From the sequence record PV733669.1: a DNA stretch of 53,728 nucleotides. The stretch is one strand, 5' to 3'. Below, in pieces: positions 1 through 9,838 of this stretch. The DNA is from Escherichia phage ES2-BCU-3. The notes under the pieces are model-generated. The model was not told the origin of the DNA. It did no database searches and saw only the letters and a program-made list of their open reading frames with translations. The position numbers were made by a program, and so were the translations under genes. Within the stretch, counting starts at the first letter, position 1. Each line of letters begins with the position of its first letter.

Positions 1-127
1 TACCTATGACAGCCCACCGAATACTGCTGCCGGTGTCTCATTCTATCTTGGCTTCAGAAGGCTACAACAATATAGGTGAGTTGGCAGCAGCACTTGAAGA
101 CCGTGGTTCAGACGTTTGGGTTGTTGG
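1..127. repeat. Terminal direct repeat, copy 1 (identical to 53602..53728)
   Basis: Bases 1..127 match the last 127 bases of the window exactly; consistent with an assembly overlap of a circular or circularly permuted genome. Confidence 0.9.
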
Positions 128-344
128 CGGTGCACAGTTAATACTTGCGGCTCTCGAAGAGCATGCTAAAGGTACACTCCGTGTTGACAACATGTTTATC
201 AGTACAATCAAAGAAGCAGGTCCAAGTGATATATTAATGGACCGTAGCAAATTAATGATGTACATTGATAGCGACTTCACTTATAATGATGAATATGTTG
301 ATAACAAATCTGTGCTGATACAGCGTTACCGGAGTGTAAAATGA
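1..344 (+). CDS. Dihydrofolate reductase, 3' portion (same frame as 53274..53601 across the wrap-around)
   Basis: Frame is continuous with the ORF at the window end; contains VWVVGGAQL resembling the DHFR GGxxxY region; stop TGA at 342..344 overlaps the next ATG (ATGA). Confidence 0.7.
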   Translation, partial: PMTAHRILLPVSHSILASEGYNNIGELAAALEDRGSDVWVVGGAQLILAALEEHAKGTLRVDNMFISTIKEAGPSDILMDRSKLMMYIDSDFTYNDEYVDNKSVLIQRYRSVK

Positions 345-841
345 ATATCATAGTTGAGGGACCTGACAATGCTCGTAAATCTACACTTATTAAGTTCCTT
401 GAACCTCATCTTGGCCGCAGCATTATTCATAATACTGTTGACAAAGATGCCGAATCGGTTCTGGTTAAACAAGCCAAAGAAAACGCGCTCGAAGGCAATA
501 GTATTTACGACCGCAGCGCTGTTATATCTGAGTATATCTATTGCATGGTTCTTCAACGTGCGCCTGTCATCGATATTGATATATATTCTGTAGCTGAGTT
601 GGTAGACAATAGTATCACCATCTTTTGTCTGCCGCCAGTAGCAGAATGCCTGAAGACCACTAAAGACGAAATGCCTGGCGTGGTAGAAAACCTTCAGGCT
701 ATCTATGACGCTTATGACAAGATGGTTGATGAACTGTCTTGCATGGGTAAACAATTCTTCGTATTCGACTGGACTATTGACAGTCAGGAAGAAGTGCTTG
801 AATACATTAACGAACGTATTATGAAGGAGTGGAAAAAATGA
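341..841 (+). CDS. P-loop nucleotide kinase-like protein (thymidylate/dNMP kinase-like)
   Basis: N-terminal IIVEGPDNARKST resembles the thymidylate kinase P-loop (atypical R before K); DRS motif; GGAG 5 nt upstream; sits next to DHFR. Confidence 0.45.
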   Translation: MNIIVEGPDNARKSTLIKFLEPHLGRSIIHNTVDKDAESVLVKQAKENALEGNSIYDRSAVISEYIYCMVLQRAPVIDIDIYSVAELVDNSITIFCLPPVAECLKTTKDEMPGVVENLQAIYDAYDKMVDELSCMGKQFFVFDWTIDSQEEVLEYINERIMKEWKK

Positions 842-1641
842 GCCCAGTATTTAACCAGACAATTACCAAAGAATTGCAAGTTGGTGAACTGCGTAAAGTT
901 GTAACAGTATCATCAACTCGTCCTGACCTCAGCTTTGAAGACCTGGTGGCTTTTGCTAACCTGGCTCTCGAAGAGAACTCAATCTCCAGCTGTGAAGGCG
1001 TCAGTATTGAGCTGAATGTTGAAGGCATTCCTGCCAGACCCTTTGTGGGTGCAGTCGCTAAGCCAACGCGAGACCCGTTTGCTGAAGTACTTGTGGCCGT
1101 ATTTGGCCCTTCTCGTGGTACTGACCTTTATGACCGCCTGAAAAGAGCAGACTCACAGGCCGAGCGTGCTAGTAAGGAAGCACGTGAAGCTGAGAAGTTC
1201 AACAGTGAACTCGAATGCCGTACCAGCCAAATGGAAGTCAATGCTTTTGACTGGTTCAACGCAAAAGTAAACGGCACTAAGTGTGACCGTGACGGTATGG
1301 AAAAGGTATTGCATACCGGTGCACGTGAAATTGCAAAAGGCTGGGCTCATGTGCAGATGCTGCAAGAAAAGATTGTTCATATGGAAAAGAACCATCTTGA
1401 CGGCGTAGAGCTAATCAACGCCTATAAAGCCCAGATTAATGAGCTGCAGCAATTAATGGGCAAACGTGCTGAAGAACATGAAGCACAAATCCGTGAGCTG
1501 CATGGTACGTCTGTTGCTGCTAATCGTGCCTTTGACCGTGAGCGCGAAGCACGTATTGCAGCAGAAAAAGAGCTTGAAGAAGTTAACCGTAAAATCAAGC
1601 GCATGAAAGATTATGCCGTACGTTTGAATAGTGTTTGCTAA
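838..1641 (+). CDS. Hypothetical protein with C-terminal coiled-coil region
   Basis: ATG at 838 overlaps the upstream stop (ATGA) with AGGAG 8 nt upstream; track ORF begins at an upstream GTG (829). Confidence 0.55.
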   Translation: MSPVFNQTITKELQVGELRKVVTVSSTRPDLSFEDLVAFANLALEENSISSCEGVSIELNVEGIPARPFVGAVAKPTRDPFAEVLVAVFGPSRGTDLYDRLKRADSQAERASKEAREAEKFNSELECRTSQMEVNAFDWFNAKVNGTKCDRDGMEKVLHTGAREIAKGWAHVQMLQEKIVHMEKNHLDGVELINAYKAQINELQQLMGKRAEEHEAQIRELHGTSVAANRAFDREREARIAAEKELEEVNRKIKRMKDYAVRLNSVC

Positions 1642-1928
1642 TGGACCTCTTCGAACAGCTTGACAAGCCAGAAATTAACAGTATGGCAGAAGAAAGGCCG
1701 TTCGACTGGGAAGCTTTCAAGGCCGGTGAACCGGCCTTAACGTTTACCGGTGAAGTGGCTTATTACGGTGGACCTTGTACACATCCTATGTGTTTAGAAA
1801 GGTTCATAGCTATCGTTACTGTTCCGGACCATGCTATTATCAAGTATGGCAAGGATGTAATGCCGTACATTATCAATGAAGAAGGCTTATTTGAAGGCAG
1901 AAGCCCTTTTCTGGTAAAAATGGCGTAA
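1635..1928 (+). CDS. Hypothetical protein
   Basis: 97-aa ORF overlapping the upstream gene end; no recognisable motif. Confidence 0.45.
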   Translation: MLMDLFEQLDKPEINSMAEERPFDWEAFKAGEPALTFTGEVAYYGGPCTHPMCLERFIAIVTVPDHAIIKYGKDVMPYIINEEGLFEGRSPFLVKMA

Positions 1929-2043
1929 AACCGGATAAATATAAAGGCGTCTAGGTAGTCCTTATATAGATGTAAGCTACTTATTCGCCTTCCTACTGTA
2001 GACCTCCTCCTTATCTCTTTAGACATCCCAGATTCATCTCTTG

Positions 2044-2072
2044 TTTACATATCCTTTCTACCTCGTTATAAT
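2044..2072 (+). promoter_or_regulatory. Sigma70-like promoter (TTTACA-17-TATAAT)
   Basis: TTTACA at 2044..2049 and TATAAT at 2067..2072 with 17-nt spacer; -10/start region flanked by inverted repeat cctcgt(2061)/acgagg(2091). Confidence 0.55.
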
Positions 2073-2104
2073 CCGAGCTATCCGGATTGACGAGGACAAT
2101 ATCC

Positions 2105-2401
2105 ATGGCAAAATTGAAAAGTACCCGTGACGCAACAGAAGAACTGTTGAGCACGATGCGTCGTATTAAACTCGAACCTCTGGAGATAATGCAACGGGCT
2201 ATTACACAGGCTGAAGCCGAAAGTGATTATAAAGCCATGATGGACGGCGCTCTTGGTATCATGCCATACATGTACCCTAAACTGAAAGAGTCTGTTGTTA
2301 AAGCAGACATCGACCAGACACTTAACGGTAACGGCGTAAACCTGAACATTACTATCGGCGACCAAAAAGTTAACGTCGACGATGAGGATAAGGAAGAGTA
2401 A
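2105..2401 (+). CDS. terS: Putative terminase small subunit
   Basis: Small ORF immediately upstream of the large terminase with TAATG junction; ATG 2105 preceded by GAGGA (track ORF starts at TTG 2087). Assignment by position only. Confidence 0.35.
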   Translation: MAKLKSTRDATEELLSTMRRIKLEPLEIMQRAITQAEAESDYKAMMDGALGIMPYMYPKLKESVVKADIDQTLNGNGVNLNITIGDQKVNVDDEDKEE

Positions 2402-3849
2402 TGAATCTCGACTTCCACCTGCACGACAGACAAGGTGCCGCTCTGCAGTCTCAGGCAACTGAGATTCTGTACGGCGGTGCTGCAGGTGGTGGCAAGTCCC
2501 ACCTTATGCGTGTAATGTCCATCATTATGTGCTGCATGATTCCTGACTTGCAGATTTATCTGTTCCGACGCAACTATAATGACTTGACGGCTAACCATAT
2601 GGTTGGACCCACAAGTTATCCTGCCTTGCTGGATGGCATGTGTAAAGCCGGCAAGTGTAAGATTAACTATTCCAGTAACACAATCAAGTTCTGGAATGGC
2701 GCAAACATCAAGCTGTGTCACCTGCAGTATGAGAAAGACATCTATACCTACCAGGGTGCTGAGATTCACGTTCTGCTGATGGATGAGCTTACTCACTTCT
2801 CAGAAACGATGTATCGATTCCTTCGTAACCGTGTTCGACTCGGTGCACTGAAGGTACCTGAGAACTTCTTCCGGCCGCTGCCTCTCATCTTTTGTGGGTC
2901 GAACCCCGGCGGTGTAGGACACAACTGGGTTAAGCGTACGTTTGTAACTGCTGCTCCTCCAATGAAGATTGTTAAGCAGGACAAACGTGAAGGTGGTATG
3001 GCTCGACAGTACATCCCAGCTAAAATGACTGATAACCCGACGCTGATGGAAAACGACCCTGACTACGGCGACCGTCTTGAAGGTCTGGGTGACCCTGCTC
3101 TTGTGTCTGCAATGAAAGAAGGTGACTGGGATATTGTTGCTGGTGGTGCACTTGACGATGTATGGTCGACTAAATGTATCATACCTCGTATGCGTATACC
3201 TCGCGGATGGACAATTGAACGTTCTCTTGACTGGGGTTCTACTCACCCGTTCTCTGTCGGCTTCTGGGCAATTGCTAACGGCGCGCCTCTTATGGACGAC
3301 GAAGGCAATGAGTACTATATACCGCGCGGCTCTATTATCCGTATTGCTGAGTGGTATGGTTGTTCTGAAAAAGAAGCTAACAAAGGTATTAAGCTGTCCG
3401 CCGTAGAAGTTGCTGAAGGTATTCTCCGAATCCAGGAGAACCTGCAAGCTGGCGGATGGATAGATAGTAATGTCAACGCAGGTCCTGCTGATGGTCAAAT
3501 CTACGCGAGCAAAGAGAAGGACGTGGAGACTATTGCGAAGAAAATGGAAGACGCCGGAGTAACCTGGGTCAAAGCCGATAAATCGCAAGGGTCGAGAATA
3601 AATGGCCTCGAGCTATTCCGTCAGCTCCTGAAAAATGTTAAGATGGACGAAACGGAAAAGCCGGGTATTTATTTCATGGAAAACTGTCCGGCAGCAATAA
3701 ACACGTTGCCAGTTCTTCCTCGTGATAAGAACAACACTGAGGACGTAGATACCAACTCGGAAGACCACGTATATGATGATTGTCGTTACATGGTTGTAAG
3801 AGGTATCAACCGTTATACTACATCAATCAAGATTAATATGGGACGGTAA
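2401..3849 (+). CDS. terL: Terminase large subunit
   Basis: Walker A GGAAGGGKS near the N-terminus and Walker B-like VLLMDE; 482 aa; followed directly by a portal-sized gene. Confidence 0.8.
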   Translation: MNLDFHLHDRQGAALQSQATEILYGGAAGGGKSHLMRVMSIIMCCMIPDLQIYLFRRNYNDLTANHMVGPTSYPALLDGMCKAGKCKINYSSNTIKFWNGANIKLCHLQYEKDIYTYQGAEIHVLLMDELTHFSETMYRFLRNRVRLGALKVPENFFRPLPLIFCGSNPGGVGHNWVKRTFVTAAPPMKIVKQDKREGGMARQYIPAKMTDNPTLMENDPDYGDRLEGLGDPALVSAMKEGDWDIVAGGALDDVWSTKCIIPRMRIPRGWTIERSLDWGSTHPFSVGFWAIANGAPLMDDEGNEYYIPRGSIIRIAEWYGCSEKEANKGIKLSAVEVAEGILRIQENLQAGGWIDSNVNAGPADGQIYASKEKDVETIAKKMEDAGVTWVKADKSQGSRINGLELFRQLLKNVKMDETEKPGIYFMENCPAAINTLPVLPRDKNNTEDVDTNSEDHVYDDCRYMVVRGINRYTTSIKINMGR

Positions 3850-3850
3850 A

Positions 3851-5413
3851 ATGTCAATACCTTCAGCGACTACTCCGAATGTTGGTTACCAACGTCCTGA
3901 GTTAACGAAGAATTCTGGCAAATACAATATGATTAAAGATTGTATTGAAGGCCAGCAGGCTGTTAAACGTCGTAAAACGTTTTATCTTCCGCAGCCAGAC
4001 CCTACTAACTGTACGGCGGAAAACATTCGCCGTTATGAACAGTACCTTGAGCGTGCTGTATTCTATAACGTGCTGCAGCGTACCCTGTCAGGTATGACTG
4101 GTCTTGTTTTCCAGCAGCCACCTGAGATGCTCATGCCGGATGATATGGAAGTCCTGCGTGTAAATATCGATGGTGCTGGTATTGGTGCAATCCAACAGAT
4201 GCGCCGTTGCTTTAAATCTGTATTGGCCTTTGGTCGCGCAGGTATACTTACTGACTTCCCGCCGGCTCGTGTCGACAGCGAAGGCAAGCAACTTGGTTTT
4301 ACTCGCCAAGAGCTGATGGATGGTACAGTACAACCTACCGTTACACTGTACATGCCGTGGCAAGTCATTAACTGGCGTGAAGAGTATCGCGAAGGTAAAG
4401 TTGTACTGACTCAGGTAGTTATCTGTGAGCAGATTCCTGGCGTTACAGACGGATTCCAGCAGGACTACACTCCTGTGTGGCGCCACCTGTTCCTTGACAG
4501 CAATGGTGATTGCACACAAACAATCTGGGTTAACAAGGGTGACCCCAAAGCTGATAACGTTTCTGGCGGCGCACTGTACGTTGCACAGCAGACTGCGGTT
4601 ATGAAAGACTCGAACGGTAAGCCTCTCAAGTTTATCCCGTTCAAGTTCATTGGTTCTGAAACCAACAGTGCTGAGATTGACCCGCCGCCAATGTATGACC
4701 TGGCTGTGCTGAACATCGCGCACTATCGTAACTCAGCTGACTACGAAGAATCATGCTTTATCACAGGTCAGCCCACAGTATGGGCGTCTGGTCTGACAGA
4801 AGCATGGGTCGAAGATGTTCTCAAGGGTGAACTGCGCCTTGGTTCTTACGGCGGTATTCCGCTGCCAGCTAATGCTGCTGTGGGCATGATTCAGACGAGC
4901 CCTAACACCCAGCCGTTCGAAGCAATGAAACAGAAAGAAGCGCAGATGATTGCTATCGGTGCTCGACTGATTCGTGAGAATGGTAAAGTAGAACGTCGTG
5001 AAGTTGAAATTAAAAACGAAGCAGCATCTGAAGCCTCGTTAATCGTAACTGTTGCGCAAAACGTTGAAGCAGCATATCGTGAAGCACTTGGTTGGTGCGC
5101 TCTGTTCTACGGGCATGACCCCAAAGAACTGACTATCAACCTGAGCTATAACTTCATCTACAGCCAGATGACATATCAGGAACGTCAGCAGCTGGTAAAT
5201 GAATGGCTCGCAGGTGCAATCACCTTCACCGAAATGCGTAGCAACCTGAAACAAGCTGGCATTGCTAAACTTACTGATGATGAAGCTAAGAAAGCCATTG
5301 ACGAAGAGATGGCTGAACGTGACGCACGGGAAGTAGCAAAAGAAGCTGAAAAGAATGCTCAAGCAGCTAAGAACAACAATGTGGAAGAAAATAATCCAGA
5401 AAAAGTTGAGTAA
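3851..5413 (+). CDS. Portal protein (putative)
   Basis: 520-aa ORF directly downstream of terL, the conserved position of portal genes; acidic C-terminus. Confidence 0.55.
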   Translation: MSIPSATTPNVGYQRPELTKNSGKYNMIKDCIEGQQAVKRRKTFYLPQPDPTNCTAENIRRYEQYLERAVFYNVLQRTLSGMTGLVFQQPPEMLMPDDMEVLRVNIDGAGIGAIQQMRRCFKSVLAFGRAGILTDFPPARVDSEGKQLGFTRQELMDGTVQPTVTLYMPWQVINWREEYREGKVVLTQVVICEQIPGVTDGFQQDYTPVWRHLFLDSNGDCTQTIWVNKGDPKADNVSGGALYVAQQTAVMKDSNGKPLKFIPFKFIGSETNSAEIDPPPMYDLAVLNIAHYRNSADYEESCFITGQPTVWASGLTEAWVEDVLKGELRLGSYGGIPLPANAAVGMIQTSPNTQPFEAMKQKEAQMIAIGARLIRENGKVERREVEIKNEAASEASLIVTVAQNVEAAYREALGWCALFYGHDPKELTINLSYNFIYSQMTYQERQQLVNEWLAGAITFTEMRSNLKQAGIAKLTDDEAKKAIDEEMAERDAREVAKEAEKNAQAAKNNNVEENNPEKVE

Positions 5414-5418
5414 AGCTA

Positions 5419-5447
5419 TTTACTTTATGCTTACTGGGTTATATAAT
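5419..5447 (+). promoter_or_regulatory. Sigma70-like promoter (TTTACT-17-TATAAT)
   Basis: TTTACT 5419..5424, TATAAT 5442..5447; followed by the structured GC-rich leader 5455..5529. Confidence 0.45.
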
Positions 5448-5591
5448 CCGTTTTGTCAACCGCGCAACAGCCGGCCACGAGAGTCTGCAGGGCTCAGTGG
5501 ATTTCGGATGGCTGGCTGCGCGGTTTGACCCAAACCTGTTCGGAGCCCACTTGAGTGGATTGAGCCCCTCTCATATAGGATTGAAAATATT

Positions 5592-6308
5592 ATGGCACTT
5601 AAAACAGTTGTAACTGACCTGAACGAAATTGACGAAGGCTTCCGTGGCCTGTACGTCAAAGACGATGCTTCTGGTGCGTACCGTCTGGACGTTGAGCCTG
5701 ACGAGAAAACCACCAAAGAGCTGGAAGAGCTGCGCAAAGAAAAACAGCGTATGGAACAGCACACCAAAAAGCTTCTCGAAGAAAAGAAAAAAGAAGCTGA
5801 ACGTGCTCGTCTGGCTGAAGAAGAACGTGCTCGCCGCGACCGTGACGTTGAGTCGCTGGAACGTTCTCTGCGTGAAAAGCACCAGGCTGACATCGAAAAT
5901 GCGAACAGTCGCACAGCATTACTGCAGGCGCAACTCGAAAGCCAAATGGTTGATAACCTGGCAATGCGTCTGGCAAACGAACTCTCTGACACACCAGCAC
6001 TGATTATGCCGCACATCAAATCTCGACTGCGCGCTCAAGAGATTGATGGTAAGTGGCGTACCTCTGTTGTTGATGTCATGGGTAACCCGACTGCTACCAC
6101 GCCGGATGAGCTCGTTGAGCACATGCGCGCTGATAAGCAGTTTGCACCTCTTGTGCGTGGAACCAAGGCTGGCGGTGGCGGTGCCAACGGCGGCGGAGCT
6201 AATCCTGGTGGGAACGGCAATGGTGAACAACAGCACTCCTTTGGGGGCGGGGACGACCGCGTAGCACGTGCTCGTGCTAAAATTCAAAATACTCAATGGG
6301 GCAAATAA
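5592..6308 (+). CDS. Scaffolding protein (putative)
   Basis: Charged, coiled-coil-rich 238-aa protein between portal and capsid genes; Gly-rich C-terminal segment. Confidence 0.5.
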   Translation: MALKTVVTDLNEIDEGFRGLYVKDDASGAYRLDVEPDEKTTKELEELRKEKQRMEQHTKKLLEEKKKEAERARLAEEERARRDRDVESLERSLREKHQADIENANSRTALLQAQLESQMVDNLAMRLANELSDTPALIMPHIKSRLRAQEIDGKWRTSVVDVMGNPTATTPDELVEHMRADKQFAPLVRGTKAGGGGANGGGANPGGNGNGEQQHSFGGGDDRVARARAKIQNTQWGK

Positions 6309-6311
6309 AAT

Positions 6312-7289
6312 ATGTCACTGTATATCTTTAACGAACAGGTACGTTCCACAGCTACCGAGCTGGTCGACCAGGACGTACAGAAGTTTAACGAAGCTTCCGC
6401 CGGCACCCTCATCCTGGGTAACCAGTACGTAATCGGTGATTACGTTGAGCAGGCCATGTGGCAGCTGGTTGATGGTATCGCTAACCGCCGTAACGCGTAT
6501 GCTGGTACCAACAAAGTTAGCGCTCAGACTCTGGGTCAGATTCTGGACCGCTCTGTTAAAATCGACGGCCGCGTTGGTCCTCTGAACATCACCTCTACCA
6601 TGATGCGTCGCATCGGTGCTGGTGACTCTGAGCCGGCTGCTGTTGTTGCTGCGCAGGCTTCTGCCGCAATGTTCCAGGATTACCTGAACACCACTGCTGC
6701 GTGTCTGGTAGCTTCTATCGGTAACAACGCCGATGTTGTTCTGGACGTTACTTCTGCTTCTGGTACCGCTGCAAACGTTACCATGCAGAACCTGAACAAA
6801 GTCAACGCGAAGATGGGTGACCGTTCTCAGCAGATTCGTGCGTACATCATGCACTCTACTGCGTTCCACTCCCTCATCGACCAGGCTATCAACAACACGG
6901 AACACCTGTTCCAGATTGGTGACCTGAACGTGTACAAAGACTTCCTGGGTCGTCGTTATGTCATCTCCGACATTCCGTCCCTGGTTGATGGTTCTGGCGC
7001 TACCGCTAAGTACCATGTTCTGGGCCTGACTCCGTCGGCTGCTATCGTTCAGGTTGGTGGCCTGTACGACATGGTGACCTCTGAGCAGACTGGTGGTGAG
7101 AACATCCTCCGTCAGATGCAGGGTGAATACGACTTCAACGTGTCGCTGAAAGGCTACAGCTGGGTCGGTCACAAAGCTGGTCAGTCTCCGACTGATGCAG
7201 ACCTGGCAGATGCTGCTTCCTGGTCTAAAGTTGCGACTTCCAACAAAGACACCGCTGGTGTTATGTTGACTGCGAAGTCTGCAATCTAA
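6312..7289 (+). CDS. Major capsid protein (putative)
   Basis: 325-aa ORF after the scaffold gene; followed by a strong intrinsic terminator, typical of a highly expressed capsid gene. Confidence 0.6.
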   Translation: MSLYIFNEQVRSTATELVDQDVQKFNEASAGTLILGNQYVIGDYVEQAMWQLVDGIANRRNAYAGTNKVSAQTLGQILDRSVKIDGRVGPLNITSTMMRRIGAGDSEPAAVVAAQASAAMFQDYLNTTAACLVASIGNNADVVLDVTSASGTAANVTMQNLNKVNAKMGDRSQQIRAYIMHSTAFHSLIDQAINNTEHLFQIGDLNVYKDFLGRRYVISDIPSLVDGSGATAKYHVLGLTPSAAIVQVGGLYDMVTSEQTGGENILRQMQGEYDFNVSLKGYSWVGHKAGQSPTDADLADAASWSKVATSNKDTAGVMLTAKSAI

Positions 7290-7308
7290 ACCCACAAACG
7301 GGACTAAC

Positions 7309-7340
7309 AAAAGGCGTGCTGACGAGCACGCCTTTTTTAT
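7309..7340 (+). terminator. Rho-independent terminator
   Basis: Stem ggcgtgct(7313..7320), loop gacg, stem agcacgcc(7325..7332), then TTTTTTAT. Confidence 0.8.
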
Positions 7341-7368
7341 TTACAGCAATAAAGTTCTGGTGTATAAT
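7340..7368 (+). promoter_or_regulatory. Sigma70-like promoter with extended -10 (TTTACA-17-TGtTATAAT)
   Basis: TTTACA 7340..7345; TG at 7361..7362; TATAAT 7363..7368. Confidence 0.55.
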
Positions 7369-7396
7369 CGGACTAAACTTGCTGGAGGATTGGTTG

Positions 7397-7897
7397 ATGG
7401 CTTACAACATTATTGTCGAAGACGGTACAATCGTCCCAGGCGCAAATTCATATGTTAACACTCAAGAGATTGATGAGTTCATCACAAACGAAGGCATCAT
7501 TCTTGAACCAGGTGTTGACCCGTATTACCAGGCAACTAAAGCAGCAATCAAACTTGATACTCAGTACAACTGGATTGGTTTCAAGGTAAGTAAGACACAA
7601 CCTATGTCATGGCCTCGTACAGGTCTTGGTTGCTGTAATATCGATATTGCTGAAAACGTTATACCACGTGAGGTCAAGCTAGCACAGCTTTACTTGCTCG
7701 CAGATAAGCTTACAGCAGCAAGTGAAGAAGGTGTTCGTGGCGACCAGGCGTTGCGTCGTAAGAAGGTCGGTAACCTGGAGATTGAATACTTCGACTCCAA
7801 GTCTGGTGTAACTGGTGCTTCATCAGACTGGATTACAGATACTCGCGCTCTGCTTAAACACCTTGTGGGTGCAATGCTGAGAACTCGGAGGGTGTAA
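7397..7897 (+). CDS. Hypothetical virion protein (head completion region)
   Basis: ATG 7397 with GGAGGA 7384..7389; the track ORF (7316) begins inside the terminator/promoter region. Confidence 0.5.
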   Translation: MAYNIIVEDGTIVPGANSYVNTQEIDEFITNEGIILEPGVDPYYQATKAAIKLDTQYNWIGFKVSKTQPMSWPRTGLGCCNIDIAENVIPREVKLAQLYLLADKLTAASEEGVRGDQALRRKKVGNLEIEYFDSKSGVTGASSDWITDTRALLKHLVGAMLRTRRV

Positions 7898-8397
7898 TGT
7901 TTCGCATACGCCTTGAACGTCGCGACAAACAGAAGTTCGAATTTACCTACCGAGCATTCAAGTCGTTCAACGGACAAGGTGTGACGGTAGGTGTTCACCC
8001 AGATAAGAACCGTCGAAGCGACCCTAAAGACGGTATAGGTAATGCTGAGCTTGCAATGGTTCACGAGTATGGCTTGAACAACGTACCTGAGCGTAGCTTC
8101 CTGCGTTCAGCGGTAGGTGGACGAGGCAAAGGTCGTAAGGCAATCAACAGGGCGTTTAAAGAAGGTGTTCCTGCTGTACTGCGAGGTGACATGACAGCCG
8201 AACAGCTTAACGACCAGATAGGTCAAATGCTTGTAGAAGCTGTACGCGCCAGGATGCGCGAGAACATACCGCCACCGCTCAAACCAGAAACAGAACGAAA
8301 GAAAACTGGACCAGGTACCCTCCGCGAATCTATGGAGTTGTACGAATCCATAGGATACAAGGTTGGTAGAAACTGGAGGCTAGTAAATAATGCTTAA
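7897..8397 (+). CDS. Putative head-tail joining / virion morphogenesis protein
   Basis: TAATG junction with the upstream gene; basic 166-aa protein in the head-to-tail gene block. Confidence 0.4.
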   Translation: MFRIRLERRDKQKFEFTYRAFKSFNGQGVTVGVHPDKNRRSDPKDGIGNAELAMVHEYGLNNVPERSFLRSAVGGRGKGRKAINRAFKEGVPAVLRGDMTAEQLNDQIGQMLVEAVRARMRENIPPPLKPETERKKTGPGTLRESMELYESIGYKVGRNWRLVNNA

Positions 8398-8767
8398 GAT
8401 TACCTCTCTGCTGAAAGACAAGTTGTTTGTTACGAAGACTGACGTGCTGCTTCGTAATGACACACGTAAGCCCAATGGTGACTTTGAGGACGAATACGAG
8501 CCCAAAGTATACCTTTGTAACATTCAGCCAGGTGCAGCTACTAACCAGCCTAACCTGCTGACAAAAGATGATGGTGAGCATGAGTTCCCACGAATTGCTG
8601 TTTACAGCAATCAAGAGCTTAAGCTAGGTGACTTTGTTATATATGAGTCACAGCCATATCGTGTATTCCGAATCGACCCATGGAGTCGTCATGGCCACTA
8701 CTACGTTACAGCAGTTCTCCATATTGGACCTCAGGGAGCTCGTGCGACAGCTTTTACAGTTACCTGA
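8390..8767 (+). CDS. Hypothetical structural protein
   Basis: ATG 8390 with GGAGG 8375..8379. Confidence 0.45.
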   Translation: MLKITSLLKDKLFVTKTDVLLRNDTRKPNGDFEDEYEPKVYLCNIQPGAATNQPNLLTKDDGEHEFPRIAVYSNQELKLGDFVIYESQPYRVFRIDPWSRHGHYYVTAVLHIGPQGARATAFTVT

Positions 8768-9218
8768 TGGTTCCTGTATTGTTGGCGAAGAGTCTGGCAC
8801 AGTAGATGGCCAGCCATACATCTACCTTAAACCTGGTGATGCTGACGACTTTGGACCTGCTCGTACATATCAAGACGACCAGGGCATGGAGACAGTTGTA
8901 CAGCCTATGGTGATTGACGTTAAGGTCACAGCTGTAGGCAAGAACTCAGACGCTATCATGCGCAAACTTCGTGTAGCACTTGGTAGTTCACCAGCCAAAC
9001 AATTTAATAGACTGCGCCACTTTGCAATAACTAAAATGTCGCCACTGAAAAACGTAGGCGGTGCAATAGGTGCAGGCTATGCTCAAAAGACTTTATTGAC
9101 TCTTGAGATTACTTACGTGCACAAAGTTATTATTAATCAGCCGTACATTTACAAGGTTGATATTACTTGTGTTGATGATAACGGCGGGAAAGCCACTGGA
9201 ACAGTTGAGGTGCCGTAA
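8691..9218 (+). CDS. Hypothetical structural protein
   Basis: ATG 8691 preceded by GGAG; overlaps the upstream gene by 77 nt in another frame (track ORF starts at 8628). Confidence 0.4.
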   Translation: MATTTLQQFSILDLRELVRQLLQLPDGSCIVGEESGTVDGQPYIYLKPGDADDFGPARTYQDDQGMETVVQPMVIDVKVTAVGKNSDAIMRKLRVALGSSPAKQFNRLRHFAITKMSPLKNVGGAIGAGYAQKTLLTLEITYVHKVIINQPYIYKVDITCVDDNGGKATGTVEVP

Positions 9219-9838
9219 TGGCAACAGCAATCGACCCGGATTTGCAAGCACAGCTTGATAAGCTAACTGTTGCGGTTCAGCTTATCCATGACTTCGGTAT
9301 GTCTGACGACCCGAGCATACCTAACCCAGAAGGCGGTGTAATCCGTACGCTGGAAGGTATTAACGAAGCAATCAACGAAGCTATTCCAAACTTCGAAGAT
9401 GCTAACCAGGCAGCTATTGAAGCACGAGCAGCCAGGGACGCAGCTCAGTTAGCACAGCAAAAAGCAGAAGACGCGGCTGCATCTGCTTCCAACTCTTCTA
9501 CTTCAGCACTGTATGCTTTTGGTAATGTAGCAAGTGCGCCTACTGTTACTATACCTGCTTCATCTAAAACTGTTGTTGACGTTACACTCAATGCTGTAAC
9601 TACTCAGATTAATATTGGTGCTGTAACTGACCCAGCTACTATAGCCCGTCAGATTACTATTGCTGTGAAGCAGGGCACAGGTTCCAACAAAGCTACCTGG
9701 GACTCACGTATCAAATGGGCAAACAACAGAAAGCCTGTGCTTTCATTCCTTGTGGGTTACGAGGACTTTGTTACGCTTATTACCCGTGACTCCGGTAACA
9801 CATGGACTGGCTTCTTTAACGGTGGATGGGTTGGCTAA
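9218..9838 (+). CDS. Hypothetical structural protein
   Basis: ATG 9218 with GAGG upstream; 206 aa. Confidence 0.5.
   Translation: MATAIDPDLQAQLDKLTVAVQLIHDFGMSDDPSIPNPEGGVIRTLEGINEAINEAIPNFEDANQAAIEARAARDAAQLAQQKAEDAAASASNSSTSALYAFGNVASAPTVTIPASSKTVVDVTLNAVTTQINIGAVTDPATIARQITIAVKQGTGSNKATWDSRIKWANNRKPVLSFLVGYEDFVTLITRDSGNTWTGFFNGGWVG

Noticed and set aside
6315-7310. 331-aa ORF antisense to the major capsid gene, and similar long antisense ORFs (2800..3588, 4088..4723, 5456..6019, 12915..13286, 16682..17386, 18699..19331, 34082..34621)
   Set aside because: Each lies fully within a better-supported gene on the opposite strand, lacks an RBS, and has a skewed low-complexity composition typical of antisense frames.
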